Source of the DNA: a virus
Taxonomy: Duplodnaviria; Caudoviricetes
DNA length: 53,275 nt
Strand: one strand, 5' to 3'
IMG/VR virus record: IMGVR_UViG_3300030333_004803
Coordinates: 1 to 53,275 of that record
Position numbers and translations under genes: made by a program. A model generated the notes under the pieces. It searched no databases, was not told where the DNA came from, and saw only the letters and a list, made by a program, of their open reading frames with translations. Position 1 is the stretch's first letter, and every line of letters begins with the position of its first letter. Positions 45,360 to 53,275 of this stretch are shown here, in pieces.

Positions 45360-45547
45360 AATCTCCTTTCATTCGTTTTTTTCAACGGGAATGCGATGTG
45401 CACCCCAAAAGGACAGGGGGGTGGGTGATGTGTTTATCAACCAAACACACTGCTAGATAATTTTTTGAAATTTTTTTAGAAAACACTTGATATTTTACTT
45501 TAACTTATGGAACTTTAGTAAGTCAAATAACGTAAGATCCATATAAA
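45360..45547. promoter_or_regulatory. Divergent control region, candidate physical genome terminus
   Basis: Strand switch; hairpins CACCCC/GGGGTG and GTGTTT/AAACAC; G-run followed by T-tracts. Confidence 0.45.
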
Positions 45548-45796
45548 ATGAAGAATCCTACACCTAAACCATCACTTGAACTTAAAACAAGACCTGTGCC
45601 TATTAAGTATATATATAATAATATATATAATAAGCTTAATAGTAATAAGCTAAGAGCTTCTACTAGGGTAGAAGCTAAGACTAAGGTAGTTAAAGGCTCT
45701 CCTTATAAGGATCAAGACTTTGTAGATGACTTAGATTATATCCTTTCAAGGGGCGTAGAGATTCCAGACGATTACGAAGTCATTGAAATTACATAA
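45548..45796 (+). CDS. Hypothetical protein containing AT-rich repeats
   Basis: 82-aa ORF upstream of the terminase genes; weak SD. Confidence 0.4.
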   Translation: MKNPTPKPSLELKTRPVPIKYIYNNIYNKLNSNKLRASTRVEAKTKVVKGSPYKDQDFVDDLDYILSRGVEIPDDYEVIEIT

Positions 45797-45799
45797 CAA

Positions 45800-46591
45800 G
45801 TGGAAAAGCTTGTAAGAAGGCACCTTAAGCAAGCATTGACTAAGGGTGCGAAACGAGAATACTATGAAAAAGAATACCTCATCTACACAGAGGAAGAAGC
45901 AAAGGGTAGGCGGATTCTCGTTAAACCTTGGAAAGATTGCGTTCCTGGAGACTGGGGTCTATCAGATGACGGGTATGTCTCGCAATGTCTCAAGAAAAGG
46001 GTTTATAAAGGCAGTACGAACCTTGTTTTCCCGTTTGGGCAAGTATTCGTTAATAATAACGCTAGGTTACTCTATGAGAAACATAAAAAGTCTGGCGATT
46101 ATACATCTGTCTCTCACAGAACTAAGTGGGAGCAAGATCAAACTAAGACCAGAACTAAACGATTCGTTGAAACCTACGTTAAAATGTACCTCGGAGGAGA
46201 TGTACAGTGGAATATACTTGGAAGAATGTACGACCCAGGGGATAAGAATCCCGAAGCCAGAGCTAAATATGTCATTAAACGCCAACACATAAAAGAGCTT
46301 GTGGATAAAGAAATAGACAAACATTTAAAATTACACAATATCACGCCTGGTACTGTGTTCGATTTATTAAAAAAAGCTGCAGAGATAGCAGAATCAAAGA
46401 ATGATCCAGGAAATATCACCAGAGTTGCAGAGCAGCTAATAGATATTCTTGGTATGAAGGCAAAAGACCAGAAAAAGCCTGAAGTTGAAATGAATCAACT
46501 GTTAGGCAGTGAAATTGAAGATATAGGCAATTTATTGTCAGAAGCAACCAATGATCAAGAAGAACCAGCAAAAGAAATCGCAAGCTCCTAA
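45800..46591 (+). CDS. Putative terminase small subunit
   Basis: Directly upstream of and overlapping TerL; HTH-like and helical C-terminal half. Confidence 0.55.
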   Translation: MEKLVRRHLKQALTKGAKREYYEKEYLIYTEEEAKGRRILVKPWKDCVPGDWGLSDDGYVSQCLKKRVYKGSTNLVFPFGQVFVNNNARLLYEKHKKSGDYTSVSHRTKWEQDQTKTRTKRFVETYVKMYLGGDVQWNILGRMYDPGDKNPEARAKYVIKRQHIKELVDKEIDKHLKLHNITPGTVFDLLKKAAEIAESKNDPGNITRVAEQLIDILGMKAKDQKKPEVEMNQLLGSEIEDIGNLLSEATNDQEEPAKEIASS

Positions 46592-48077
46592 GTCTAAAGA
46601 ATTAGACACAAAGAAGCTTATGGACTCCATGAAAAACAATATGGAGCTTTTTGGGAAAGTCTGTATGCCTAATATGTTTACAGCACCTGTTGCTGGTTTT
46701 CACAGAGATCTGTATAAAATTTTTGAAGATAGGTCAAAACGTAAAGTTTGTATTGTGGCCCCTCGTCATCATGCCAAGTCCTCCATCGGCGCATGTGTGT
46801 TTCCTCTTCATCACCTCCTATTTGATGAGGGGCCCAAGTTAATCGTACTATCATCTAAGACCCTAGGACACTCAATTCGTCTTTTAGACACAATAAAGAA
46901 CGTTTTAGAGTATTCACAACGGTTTAAAGCCTTATTTGGTTACTGGGGAAGCCATTCTGCTAAACAATGGTCCAAAACAGAGGTTATCTTAAAAGATAAT
47001 ACGTTAATTACCACCAGAGGTACTGGTCAGCAGGTTATTGGTCTAAAGCACGGAGACCAGCGTCCTACATTGATACTAGTGGACGATCCTGAGGATATCA
47101 ACAACACTAAGACCAATGAAGCAATGGAAATGAACTTAAAATGGTTAATGACCCAGTTATTGCCATCTATGGACGCTCGTTATGGTAGATTGGTCGTAAT
47201 TGGCACTCCACAGCATCAGCGCTGCTTAGTAGAGACCTTGCCACAGATGAAAGGTTGGGAAACAAGACGCTATCAAGCAATGAGCGATGATGGTAAAGAA
47301 GTGTTGTGGCCTGAAATGTGGAGCAAAAAGAAGTTATTAGAAGAAAAAGCTGACTTGGAAGCAATTGGTCGTGTATCTATGTTCTATCGTGAGTATATGT
47401 GCCAGATCATCGGCGATGAAGACCAGATGTTTAGAGAAGAAGATATCCAAGAATATGAAGGAGAGGTTGAGGTTAAGCCTGAAGGATCTTTATTACATTT
47501 AACCTATCCAGACAAAAAGACAGTGCCAGTAAATATTTTTATGGGAGTGGACCCAGCTTCATCTACAAAGCAGACAGCTGACTACTCTACTATCGTACCA
47601 GTGGCAATAGATCATCAAAACAATCGTTATGTATTGCCCTATTTTAGAAAAAGAATTAGACCAGTGGACCTTGCAGAATCAATATTGATGTATTTTGCAC
47701 GATATCGCCCTGAAAAGACAAAAATAGAGACTGTTGGCTATCAAGAAATGCTAAGAGACTATTTGAGACGTAAGTGCGAAGAGTTAAATATCTTTATACC
47801 TGGTCTAGAAGTAAAAAATCAACCACGTTCATCTAAATCAGTAAGACTTGAAGGTATGCAGCCGTTTTTCTTTCAAAAGAAGATGTTTATTAGAAAAGAT
47901 CAAGAAGCATTGAAAAATGAGCTACTTATGTATCCAAGAGGGAAGCATGACGATTTACTGGATGGATTGTATTACGGAATGAAAGGTGCATATAAACCAG
48001 ATCATTCGGGAACTGAATCCAGTCCTATGCGTAACACAAAAAGCAGAGAAGGGTTTTATGACTGGGCAATACTCTAA
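46551..48077 (+). CDS. terL: Terminase large subunit
   Basis: APRHHAKS Walker A, LILVDD Walker B, IGTP, MGVDPA, HDDLLD nuclease motifs. Confidence 0.95.
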   Translation: MIKKNQQKKSQAPKSKELDTKKLMDSMKNNMELFGKVCMPNMFTAPVAGFHRDLYKIFEDRSKRKVCIVAPRHHAKSSIGACVFPLHHLLFDEGPKLIVLSSKTLGHSIRLLDTIKNVLEYSQRFKALFGYWGSHSAKQWSKTEVILKDNTLITTRGTGQQVIGLKHGDQRPTLILVDDPEDINNTKTNEAMEMNLKWLMTQLLPSMDARYGRLVVIGTPQHQRCLVETLPQMKGWETRRYQAMSDDGKEVLWPEMWSKKKLLEEKADLEAIGRVSMFYREYMCQIIGDEDQMFREEDIQEYEGEVEVKPEGSLLHLTYPDKKTVPVNIFMGVDPASSTKQTADYSTIVPVAIDHQNNRYVLPYFRKRIRPVDLAESILMYFARYRPEKTKIETVGYQEMLRDYLRRKCEELNIFIPGLEVKNQPRSSKSVRLEGMQPFFFQKKMFIRKDQEALKNELLMYPRGKHDDLLDGLYYGMKGAYKPDHSGTESSPMRNTKSREGFYDWAIL

Positions 48078-48228
48078 TAAAAGCTCTGAAAAGACTTTGC
48101 TTGATAGGATTCTATGGTTAATGAACGAAATAAAAAACGAAGAGCTAAGCGGTGAAGTTACTTTACGTTTTATCAATGGAAAAATGAGTAAAGTTGTTAC
48201 TGTGACTCGAAAGGAAGTTTTAAGCTAA
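48058..48228 (+). CDS. Small hypothetical protein (DUF2292-like; start revised from 47986)
   Basis: GEVTLRFINGK motif; between TerL and portal. Confidence 0.45.
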   Translation: MTGQYSNKSSEKTLLDRILWLMNEIKNEELSGEVTLRFINGKMSKVVTVTRKEVLS

Positions 48229-48229
48229 A

Positions 48230-50512
48230 ATGCCAAAAATGTATAATAAGACTATTGCAGAAAGAATGGCGCAAGAACCAAGTGATGTTCTAAAAGAAAA
48301 AAGCGGCACTAATGGCGTAACTATGCACAAAGAGGTGCAAAAGAGTCTTGAGCTCTTAAAAGAGTATCAAGATAAAAGAGAAGACTGGGCACAGAAATAC
48401 ATGGAGGACGAGCAGTTTCGAGCTGGAGTCCAGTGGACCAAAGAACAAGTAGACGTATTACAAAAACGTGGTCAGAGTCCAATTGTAGTAAACAGGCTAC
48501 ATCCTATTATTGAAACAGCAAAAGCATTACTAACATTTAATAAACCACAATTCAGAAGTACTGGTCGAGAAGATTCCGATAGAAAGACGGCCAAGGTATT
48601 CTCTGAACTCTGTCAATGGGTGTGGGAGATCTCGAAGGGAAATGAGGAGCTAAAAAGAACGATTGATGATTATTATGTGGGAGGACTGGGGTACATGCTA
48701 GTTTACCAGGATCCTCATGCAGATATGGGCAAAGGTGAAGTTTTTATGCGGAATGTTTTCCCGCTTGATGTATATGTAGATCCTAATTCAAGAGACATAT
48801 TCTTCGATGATGCTGCTAATATACTTATCTCCCGCCTCATGACAGATGAACAAGCTAGAAAATTTTATTCTGACTATATGGGTGTGATCAAATCTGCTGA
48901 AAGCACTGAATTAGACAGATATCCATCAACAGACTTAAAAGCTACGGAAGGGCAGCTATTTGTACAAGAAACAGAAACTACTCCAGGAGACGAACATCAT
49001 CAAAAACGTGAATACATTGAAAGATATACTAAAGTTAAAGTTATACAGAATCATGTATTTGAACCCGACTCAGGTTATGAGGCTACATATGATGATGAGG
49101 AATATGAAACATATCTTAGCTCTCCTGCTTTCTTAGTTACAAAAGGCGAAACACCTCCAATAGCGGTTACAGATGAAGAAGGTCTCGCAGAACTTAACGC
49201 TCTAGTTGAGTCTGTTGGTCCTGTTTTTCATTTACAGGTAATAAATCCAGAAACTGGTGAAACTCAACCAGTCCCAGGCCAAGAAGCAGAGTCTGGAGAT
49301 ATGGCAGTTCCTGGATCTACTACTTACTTAGATGCGACTACAATAGGCGTATTAAAAGAAATGGACAAAGTCTTGGTCAACCAGGTGAAAGAGGATAGAA
49401 TCAAGATGATCGTTTCTGTAGGTAACAAACTAATGTACACTAGGATTATGCCTTGTGAGAATTATCCTATTGTTCCTCTTAATAACATACACCTAAGAAA
49501 TCCATATCCATTATCAGATGTTCGTATATTTAAACCTTTGCAAAGATATATTAATAAGATTCGTTCTTTAATTATCGCTCATGCATCTACTTCTACTAAC
49601 GTAAAGCTACTAGTTCCAAGAGGATCTGTAAATAAACGTGAGATTGAAGAAGAATGGGGTAGAGCAGGCACTGCTGTTGTAGAATTTGACGCAGAACTTG
49701 GTACTCCAGTTGTTGCTGGTCCAGTTCCATTGCCAAATGAGTTGTATAAGAATGAAGCTGATGCAAAATATGATTTAGAGTATGGATTTGGAGTTCACGA
49801 TCTCATGATGGGCTCATCTGCTAACGCACCTTCTACTTTTAGAGGTACTGTAGCTATTGATGAGTATGGAATGAGAAGAAGTAAATCTCGTCAAGCTGAT
49901 GTAGAAGCATTTTTAAAACAATTATTTAAAGTTGCTGTACCTTTAATGCAGCAGATCTATACAGATCAAAAAGTTATTAGGCTAGTACAGCCAGATGGTA
50001 GCACTACTGAGACTCAGTTTAACATGCCGTTGTATGATGAATACACAAATCAAGAAATTGGCAAAATTCATGATATGACAGTAGGTAAATATGATGTAGT
50101 TCCTGTAGCGGGATCTACTATGCCATCTAATCGTTGGGCTCAATTAGATACATATATGCAAATGTATGAAAAAGGACTAATTGATCAAGTTGAAGTACTT
50201 AAGAAGACAGAAATTGTAGATACAGAAGGAGTTCTTGAAAGAACAGCAATGATACAGCAATTACAAAGTCAGTTACAACAAGCTCAAGAAGAAATTAAAA
50301 ACCTTAAAGGCGACTTACAAACTGCGGATAGAGAATCGCAGCACGCTAAGAAACGCTTAGAGGTTGAGAAGTTTAAATCATCCTTAGCGGACCCTAAAGC
50401 GGAAATAAAGAAATCTTCTGCTCTTTATAAAGAAAGGCTTCAGGATCAATTTAATAACGTTAAGGAATCTATGAACCAGGTTAAACCTGAGCAGTCAGAA
50501 GCTAATGCTTAG
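48230..50512 (+). CDS. Portal protein (P22-like) with C-terminal barrel coil
   Basis: GVQWT...PIVVNRLHP, GGLGY, VYVDP, YPIVP, KPLQRYINK, GKYDV; Q-rich coil. Confidence 0.92.
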   Translation: MPKMYNKTIAERMAQEPSDVLKEKSGTNGVTMHKEVQKSLELLKEYQDKREDWAQKYMEDEQFRAGVQWTKEQVDVLQKRGQSPIVVNRLHPIIETAKALLTFNKPQFRSTGREDSDRKTAKVFSELCQWVWEISKGNEELKRTIDDYYVGGLGYMLVYQDPHADMGKGEVFMRNVFPLDVYVDPNSRDIFFDDAANILISRLMTDEQARKFYSDYMGVIKSAESTELDRYPSTDLKATEGQLFVQETETTPGDEHHQKREYIERYTKVKVIQNHVFEPDSGYEATYDDEEYETYLSSPAFLVTKGETPPIAVTDEEGLAELNALVESVGPVFHLQVINPETGETQPVPGQEAESGDMAVPGSTTYLDATTIGVLKEMDKVLVNQVKEDRIKMIVSVGNKLMYTRIMPCENYPIVPLNNIHLRNPYPLSDVRIFKPLQRYINKIRSLIIAHASTSTNVKLLVPRGSVNKREIEEEWGRAGTAVVEFDAELGTPVVAGPVPLPNELYKNEADAKYDLEYGFGVHDLMMGSSANAPSTFRGTVAIDEYGMRRSKSRQADVEAFLKQLFKVAVPLMQQIYTDQKVIRLVQPDGSTTETQFNMPLYDEYTNQEIGKIHDMTVGKYDVVPVAGSTMPSNRWAQLDTYMQMYEKGLIDQVEVLKKTEIVDTEGVLERTAMIQQLQSQLQQAQEEIKNLKGDLQTADRESQHAKKRLEVEKFKSSLADPKAEIKKSSALYKERLQDQFNNVKESMNQVKPEQSEANA

Positions 50513-50531
50513 GAGATCAAAGGAGGCATAA

Positions 50532-51509
50532 ATGCCAACATTTACAGAAATGGAAGAAACAGGAGCAAATCCAGAAACTAATCAACCCGTCACTGAGCCA
50601 GCAGCGCCCCAAGCGGATGCTGCGCCAGCGCAAGAGACCGTTGGTGACCCTTTTGAGCAATTGCTTGCTGCATCGGAACAAGCAGACCCATTCGCTACCC
50701 CTGCTAGTTCCACACAAGATGAAACGGTAGCAGAACCCACTGAAGCTGCTAATCCTGCTCAGCCTGCAGAGGCAAAGCAAGATGAAAGTCAGTTTCAGTA
50801 TTGGCAAAGTCAATATGATAAGGCGCAGAGGGAACTAACAGAGTTAAAAGAGCAGCATTCGTCATTAAAGGATATTGAGCCTTTAGCAAAATATATCCAA
50901 GACAATCCAGCTGTATTAGACTCAGTTGAGTCATCGCTCTCCAGTGGTAAAACTCCAGGTCAACCCGTAGGGAATCAGGAAGCATCACTGAAGAAGCCAG
51001 AAAGACCGACTAAGCCAGCGAACTATGATGCAATTGATGCATATTCTGATCCACAATCGGATAGTTACAAATATCGAGAAGCTGTTGACAGTTATCGAGA
51101 TGACATGATAAGTTTTCAAGAAAAGAAAAACGAACAAGTTGTCGCTAGAATGGAACAAGAATATCAACAACGTGCTCAAGCCCAACAAGTTGAATCATTA
51201 AGATCTCAACTTGCTAATAGTCACGGGTTTGACTCAACTCAAGTTGATGATTTTATGAAAGTAATGAGCGATCCAAGTAGTTTATCTTTAGATAACTTAG
51301 TCAATCTCTATAAAATGCAACAAGCTCCTTCGGCAGAAGTATCTAAAAACTTGCAAAAAGCTCAGCAAATGCGTGCTCAGCAGGAGAAATTAAAAATTGC
51401 TCCTTCTGTAGGCAGCGTACCAGCTGAAACTCAGCAAGAAGCTCCAATGGAAGATCAGATAATGGATGCAATGTTAGCATCTGAAAAGAAAACTAATCCT
51501 TGGACATAA
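50532..51509 (+). CDS. Putative scaffolding protein
   Basis: Acidic disordered N-terminus and coils; between portal and capsid; AGGAGG SD. Confidence 0.65.
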   Translation: MPTFTEMEETGANPETNQPVTEPAAPQADAAPAQETVGDPFEQLLAASEQADPFATPASSTQDETVAEPTEAANPAQPAEAKQDESQFQYWQSQYDKAQRELTELKEQHSSLKDIEPLAKYIQDNPAVLDSVESSLSSGKTPGQPVGNQEASLKKPERPTKPANYDAIDAYSDPQSDSYKYREAVDSYRDDMISFQEKKNEQVVARMEQEYQQRAQAQQVESLRSQLANSHGFDSTQVDDFMKVMSDPSSLSLDNLVNLYKMQQAPSAEVSKNLQKAQQMRAQQEKLKIAPSVGSVPAETQQEAPMEDQIMDAMLASEKKTNPWT

Positions 51510-51531
51510 ATCTCTTGAAAGGGGGATATAA

Positions 51532-52950
51532 ATGAGTGTAAATACCACTGATGTCTATAGTGTAGGTTCAGGTGGCGCAAGTCAATCTGGAACCTCTATA
51601 GATCAAACTAGACGGGTGTTCAATTTTGGTGATCGTGTCGCTGAGCTTGCTCCTCAGCAGTCACCATTCTTTGTCTATCTGTCAAAAGTTGGTAAAAAAC
51701 CAACTAACGACCCTGTATTTAAATTCCTAGAACAACGTCATTCATGGCAACGTAGACACTTCCAAGTCAACGGTGCGAAAACATCATCTGCTCACGGTGG
51801 AGATGACACTAACTTTAATATTGCTAATTTAGTATTAGATTGCAATATTGATGATTATGGCAGAACTACAGCTGGATCAGCTCCTGATTTTATTCAAGCT
51901 GGTAACATGGTTGTTATTGAAGGTCTGTATGATGCTGACGATGGTAACTTTGACGGGGACGAAGTTCCTGTAGAAGTTTACTTTAAAGTAGGTACAAAAG
52001 ACTCTTCAACTCAGTATGATATGACTTTTGTAAAAGCTGTCTATAAAAATACCAAAGGTGCGAACGCAACTACTGTTGCTGCAACTACTTCTGGTGTAGT
52101 TGCCGAAGCTACAAACAGTAAAATTAGATTAGCGGACGATGCTGATGGTATGGTTATTGGATCAAGCTGGGCTGAAGGTACTTTGGCTCCTACTGGTTGG
52201 AAAGACGAATTGTACGACAGAGAAGGATATTGTCAGATCTTTAAGACTGCAATTGAAACATTCTCTGGTACAAGTCTAGCAACTGAATACAGAGGTATTC
52301 CAAATGAGTTCAGACGTGTTTGGACTGAGAAATTAATGGAGCACAAAATGGATTTAGAAAGAGCTATGCTATTTGGCGTAGGTAAAGCTTCTGAATCTGG
52401 TACTCCAGAACGTCATACTTGGGGCATTATGCCTTATACTCAAGCTTATGGCAAGAACTATGTTCTTGACTATTCAGCTAATGGGTATGACCAGTTCATT
52501 GATATTGCAGAAGACCTATTCCATCCAGAATCAGGTAACACTGGATCTAAGCTTATGCTTGCTTCTAGAAAAGTTATTTCTTGGATGAATAAACTTGCTT
52601 CTAGCAATTTCTTAGGAAATACTGTTCCAACAACTCAATATCGCTTGGATGTTAATAACATTCCTGGAGCGTTTGGACATGCGGTTACTAAGGTTAACAC
52701 CATTTTTGGTGATTTCCATTTGGTACAAGAGCCACTTCTTAAAGGTGTATACGAAGACTATGCAGTAGTCGTAGACATGAAGAATGTTGCTTACCGTCCT
52801 TTGGCAGGTAATGGACAAAGTCGTGACACTCAGATTAAGACTAATATACAAAGTCCTGATCTTGATGGAAGAAAAGATATGATCTTGACCGAAGCTGGTC
52901 TTGAGATTTCACTTCCTGAAACTCACGCTGTAATTACTATGCAGGCATAA
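51532..52950 (+). CDS. Major capsid protein (HK97 fold, DUF5309/SU10-like)
   Basis: PQQSPFF, GYCQIFKT...SGT, EHKMDLERAMLFG, TEAGLEI-x2-PETHA. Confidence 0.9.
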   Translation: MSVNTTDVYSVGSGGASQSGTSIDQTRRVFNFGDRVAELAPQQSPFFVYLSKVGKKPTNDPVFKFLEQRHSWQRRHFQVNGAKTSSAHGGDDTNFNIANLVLDCNIDDYGRTTAGSAPDFIQAGNMVVIEGLYDADDGNFDGDEVPVEVYFKVGTKDSSTQYDMTFVKAVYKNTKGANATTVAATTSGVVAEATNSKIRLADDADGMVIGSSWAEGTLAPTGWKDELYDREGYCQIFKTAIETFSGTSLATEYRGIPNEFRRVWTEKLMEHKMDLERAMLFGVGKASESGTPERHTWGIMPYTQAYGKNYVLDYSANGYDQFIDIAEDLFHPESGNTGSKLMLASRKVISWMNKLASSNFLGNTVPTTQYRLDVNNIPGAFGHAVTKVNTIFGDFHLVQEPLLKGVYEDYAVVVDMKNVAYRPLAGNGQSRDTQIKTNIQSPDLDGRKDMILTEAGLEISLPETHAVITMQA

Positions 52951-52983
52951 GCTTGTTAGTATAATTACTAATTAGTTAACTCT

Positions 52984-53009
52984 AGCCCCCTAGTTTCGGC
53001 TGGGGGGCT
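52984..53009 (+). terminator. GC-rich UUCG hairpin after the capsid gene, no U-tract (attenuator or stabiliser)
   Basis: AGCCCCCTAGT-TTCG-GCTGGGGGGCT. Confidence 0.6.
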
Positions 53010-53030
53010 TAACTAAAAGAGAAAGTAAAA

Positions 53031-53275
53031 ATGGCAAATAAATTAATCGTTAGGAGTTCAGTAGAGCCTCAGTATGAAGTTTCTGAAACTCATAGCGGAA
53101 AAACGTACACATCTTTTAAAATGGATCAAATTGGTGGAAGATTATCTTCTACAATGGAAGATTCATTTGGGGATGAAAAAATTTACAAATTAGTAGGAGT
53201 AGTAGATCAAACATCTGCAGCAGCTGTAAATAATGCAACTACTGCTTTTGAAGGAACAGCAACTGCTACTGGCTC
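53031..53275 (+). CDS. 5' part of the putative capsid decoration protein (runs off the end; divergent copy of 1-412)
   Basis: MANKLIVRSSVEPQYEVSETHSGKTYTSFKMDQIGG... Confidence 0.7.
   Translation, partial: MANKLIVRSSVEPQYEVSETHSGKTYTSFKMDQIGGRLSSTMEDSFGDEKIYKLVGVVDQTSAAAVNNATTAFEGTATATG

Larger units (their letters stand above)
1..53275. mobile_element. Near-complete circularly permuted tailed phage genome (Caudoviricetes, podovirus-like, crAss-like gene layout)
   Basis: Terminase, portal, major capsid, tail, lysis and replication genes fill the window; the ends overlap; no host housekeeping genes or integrase seen. Confidence 0.95.

Noticed and set aside
45488-45516. Sigma70 promoter for the late arm (TTGATA-N17-GAACTT)
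   Set aside because: The -10 element is poor, and such matches are common by chance in AT-rich DNA
33926-52851. Shadow ORFs in the early and head regions (e.g. 33926-34135, 35541-35786, 40674-41145, 44978-45205, 45846-46292, 50517-51188, 52612-52851)
   Set aside because: Overlap better-supported genes and have no recognisable motifs
53171-53275. Diversity-generating retroelement TR/VR pair explaining the divergent terminal copies
   Set aside because: Differences are not adenine-specific (C/G, C/T and G/T changes, many synonymous), and no reverse transcriptase is present
1-53275. Stop-codon reassignment as in some crAss-like phages
   Set aside because: Standard code gives long, tightly packed ORFs; TAA, TAG and TGA all end genes; no suppressor tRNA
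1-53275. CRISPR array, integrase/prophage boundaries, introns or inteins
   Set aside because: No regularly spaced repeats, no recombinase motifs and no host genes; TerL, MCP and primase are uninterrupted and of ordinary length

Overview
The window is an apparently complete, circularly permuted genome of an AT-rich tailed (podovirus-type) bacteriophage of about 53.1 kb. Bases 53093-53170 repeat bases 1-78 exactly, after which the two ends diverge. The + strand (45548 to the end, continuing 1-31950) carries packaging, head, tail, lysis and ejection genes: terminase, P22-like portal, scaffold, major capsid, adaptor rings, two S74-chaperoned fibres, lipoproteins/holins, a GH108 endolysin and a tail nozzle. 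The - strand (45353 down to 32054) carries early and replication genes: a MoxR AAA+/vWA pair, AAA recombinase, SSB-like protein, AEP primase-helicase fusion, Gp157-like protein, Holliday junction resolvase and a tRNA-Met(CAT). The highlight is a 4128-aa ejection polyprotein that fuses a membrane-like N-terminus, a zincin HExxH domain and a single-chain two-barrel RNA polymerase. The polymerase motifs (TDGG, R-SGTK, TRVP, GGADNDGD, AVD) follow the QDE-1/RdRP/YonO/crAss virion RNAP pattern. The layout is crAss-like but at about half the genome size, with no recognisable DNA polymerase and with strong Shine-Dalgarno sites. The - strand intergenic regions hold several unexplained structured elements, including hairpins exposing anti-SD bulges, an H-type pseudoknot and a 260-nt multi-hairpin block. 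All calls come from motif reading by eye; no database searches were run.
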